A stretch of DNA of 64,000 bases from Malacoraja senta (taxonomy: Eukaryota): the NCBI GenBank assembly GCA_038087875.1, contig CM075988.1, forward strand, positions 8,992,001-9,056,000, written 5' to 3'. This document shows positions 62,692-64,000 of the stretch, in pieces. How positions within the stretch are numbered: the stretch's first letter is position 1; every line of letters starts with the position of its first letter. The notes beneath the pieces were generated by a model. It was not told the DNA's origin. It did no database searches and was given only the letters and a program-made list of their open reading frames with translations. A program made the translations under genes and the position numbers.

Positions 62692-64000
62692 TATAGGGGA
62701 ATGGAGAACCAGACAACATAGGTTTAAGGTAAGGGGGGGAAAGATTTAATAGGAACACGAGGGGTAACTATCACACAAAGGGTGGTGGGTGTATGGAATC
62801 AGCTGCCGGAGGAGGTAGTTAAGGCAGGTACTATCGCAATGTTTAAGAAGCATTTAGATTGGTACATGGATAGGACAGGTTTAGAGTGATATATGCCAAA
62901 CGCAGGCAGGTGGGATTAGTGTAGGTGGGACATGTTGGCTGGTGTGGGCAAGTTGGGCCGAAAGGCCTGTTTCCATGTTGTGTGACTATGACTGAGTGTT
63001 ATGAGTGAGAAACATCAGGGATGTCCATATCACCTGCTCCATGGTGGGCACTGATGACTGTTGCATTGATAACTGCCTAACTCACGCTTATTTCCATTGC
63101 TTTGTCTCCCAGACAAAAGCACTCACAACATTCTGTTACACCTAACTCATGTTTAAGGTCTCAAGCATCCTGTAAAGGGGGTTCTTCTCAGTGAGGTCTT
63201 CTAAAGACAAGCCGCGACTTTCAATCTGAAGAAGGGCCTAAACTTGAAATGTCACCCATTCCTTCCCTCCAGAGATGCTGCCAATCCCGCTGAGTTACTC
63301 CAGCATTTTGTGTCTATCTTCGGTTTAAACCAGCATCAGCAGTCCCTTTCTGCACATCGATCCAGGGCATTTGGGTTAATCAGGTTTATTTCTCCAGTTT
63401 TTTTTATTTGCTGATACATTAAGTTCTTAATTCTCCTTCGATCCATGATTCTGCAATATTTCCAGTATATTTATTTTTGCCTCTTCTCCGATATCAAATA
63501 TTAGTTTACATTTCAGCTACTGCCCTATTCCCCACTATAGTTTATCCTGCATCTGTTTCCAAGGAACCCAAACTTACTTAATTCTTTAAATTAAAGCTCA
63601 CTGAAGTCTGTAACAAGACCTGAACCAAATTCTCCTCATCAGCCTGACGAAGGGTCCTAAAACGTCATCTGCCCATTCCCTCCACAGATATTGACTGACC
63701 TGAACACCTCCAGTTCTTTATTCTATGCTCGAGATACCAGAACAGCAGTCTCTTGTGACGTTTATTAACTCAATTTTAAAATTCACATTCGATTTTTTAA
63801 AAGTCGGCATCAAAATCTCTAGTTCCAGTGACCCTAGTCCTAAACTCTCTCCCTTATCCTCCGCCTCCACTCTATTTAACCTAGAATATCAAAATCTACC
63901 CTCTTGTTTTTAACTGAGAAGGTAACAGGGTAATTTAAGAAACAAAACTGTTCAGGCGTATTAAATTCAAAGAACAGGATAGTTTTCCAATGTCCATTTT
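62692..64000 (+). repeat. Direct copy of 28513-29821
   Basis: Constant offset of 34179; ORFs 29546-29734 and 63725-63913 translate identically; no differences noticed by eye. Confidence 0.95.

Overview
Repeat-dominated, apparently non-coding vertebrate DNA. The repeat inventory (HE1-like tRNA SINEs, CR1, Rex/Babar, Penelope and DeuSINE remnants) points to a cartilaginous fish, probably a skate or ray; this is inference. I found no convincing host protein-coding exon, rRNA, tRNA gene or CRISPR array. Main structures: (1) two full-length but decayed DIRS tyrosine-recombinase retrotransposons (1094-5869 minus, 53395-58320 plus) plus the 5' end of a third (62326-62491), all with ATT termini, an ITR/ICR architecture and what looks like a conserved spliceosomal intron just before the gag ATG; (2) two related non-autonomous Helitrons (36427-37671, 44211-45867) carrying GC-box/TATA/Inr promoter modules followed by independently expanded minisatellite arrays; (3) more than 20 Penelope terminal remnants with a minimal hammerhead-ribozyme-like core, several as fold-backs flanked by direct repeats; (4) a palindromic Harbinger-type MITE and fragments of CR1, Rex/Babar, Tx1/L1, HERO and RTE LINEs; (5) a 200-N gap followed by an apparently exact copy of 28513-29821. 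Family names come from recognised motifs, not from database searches, and most remnant boundaries are approximate.
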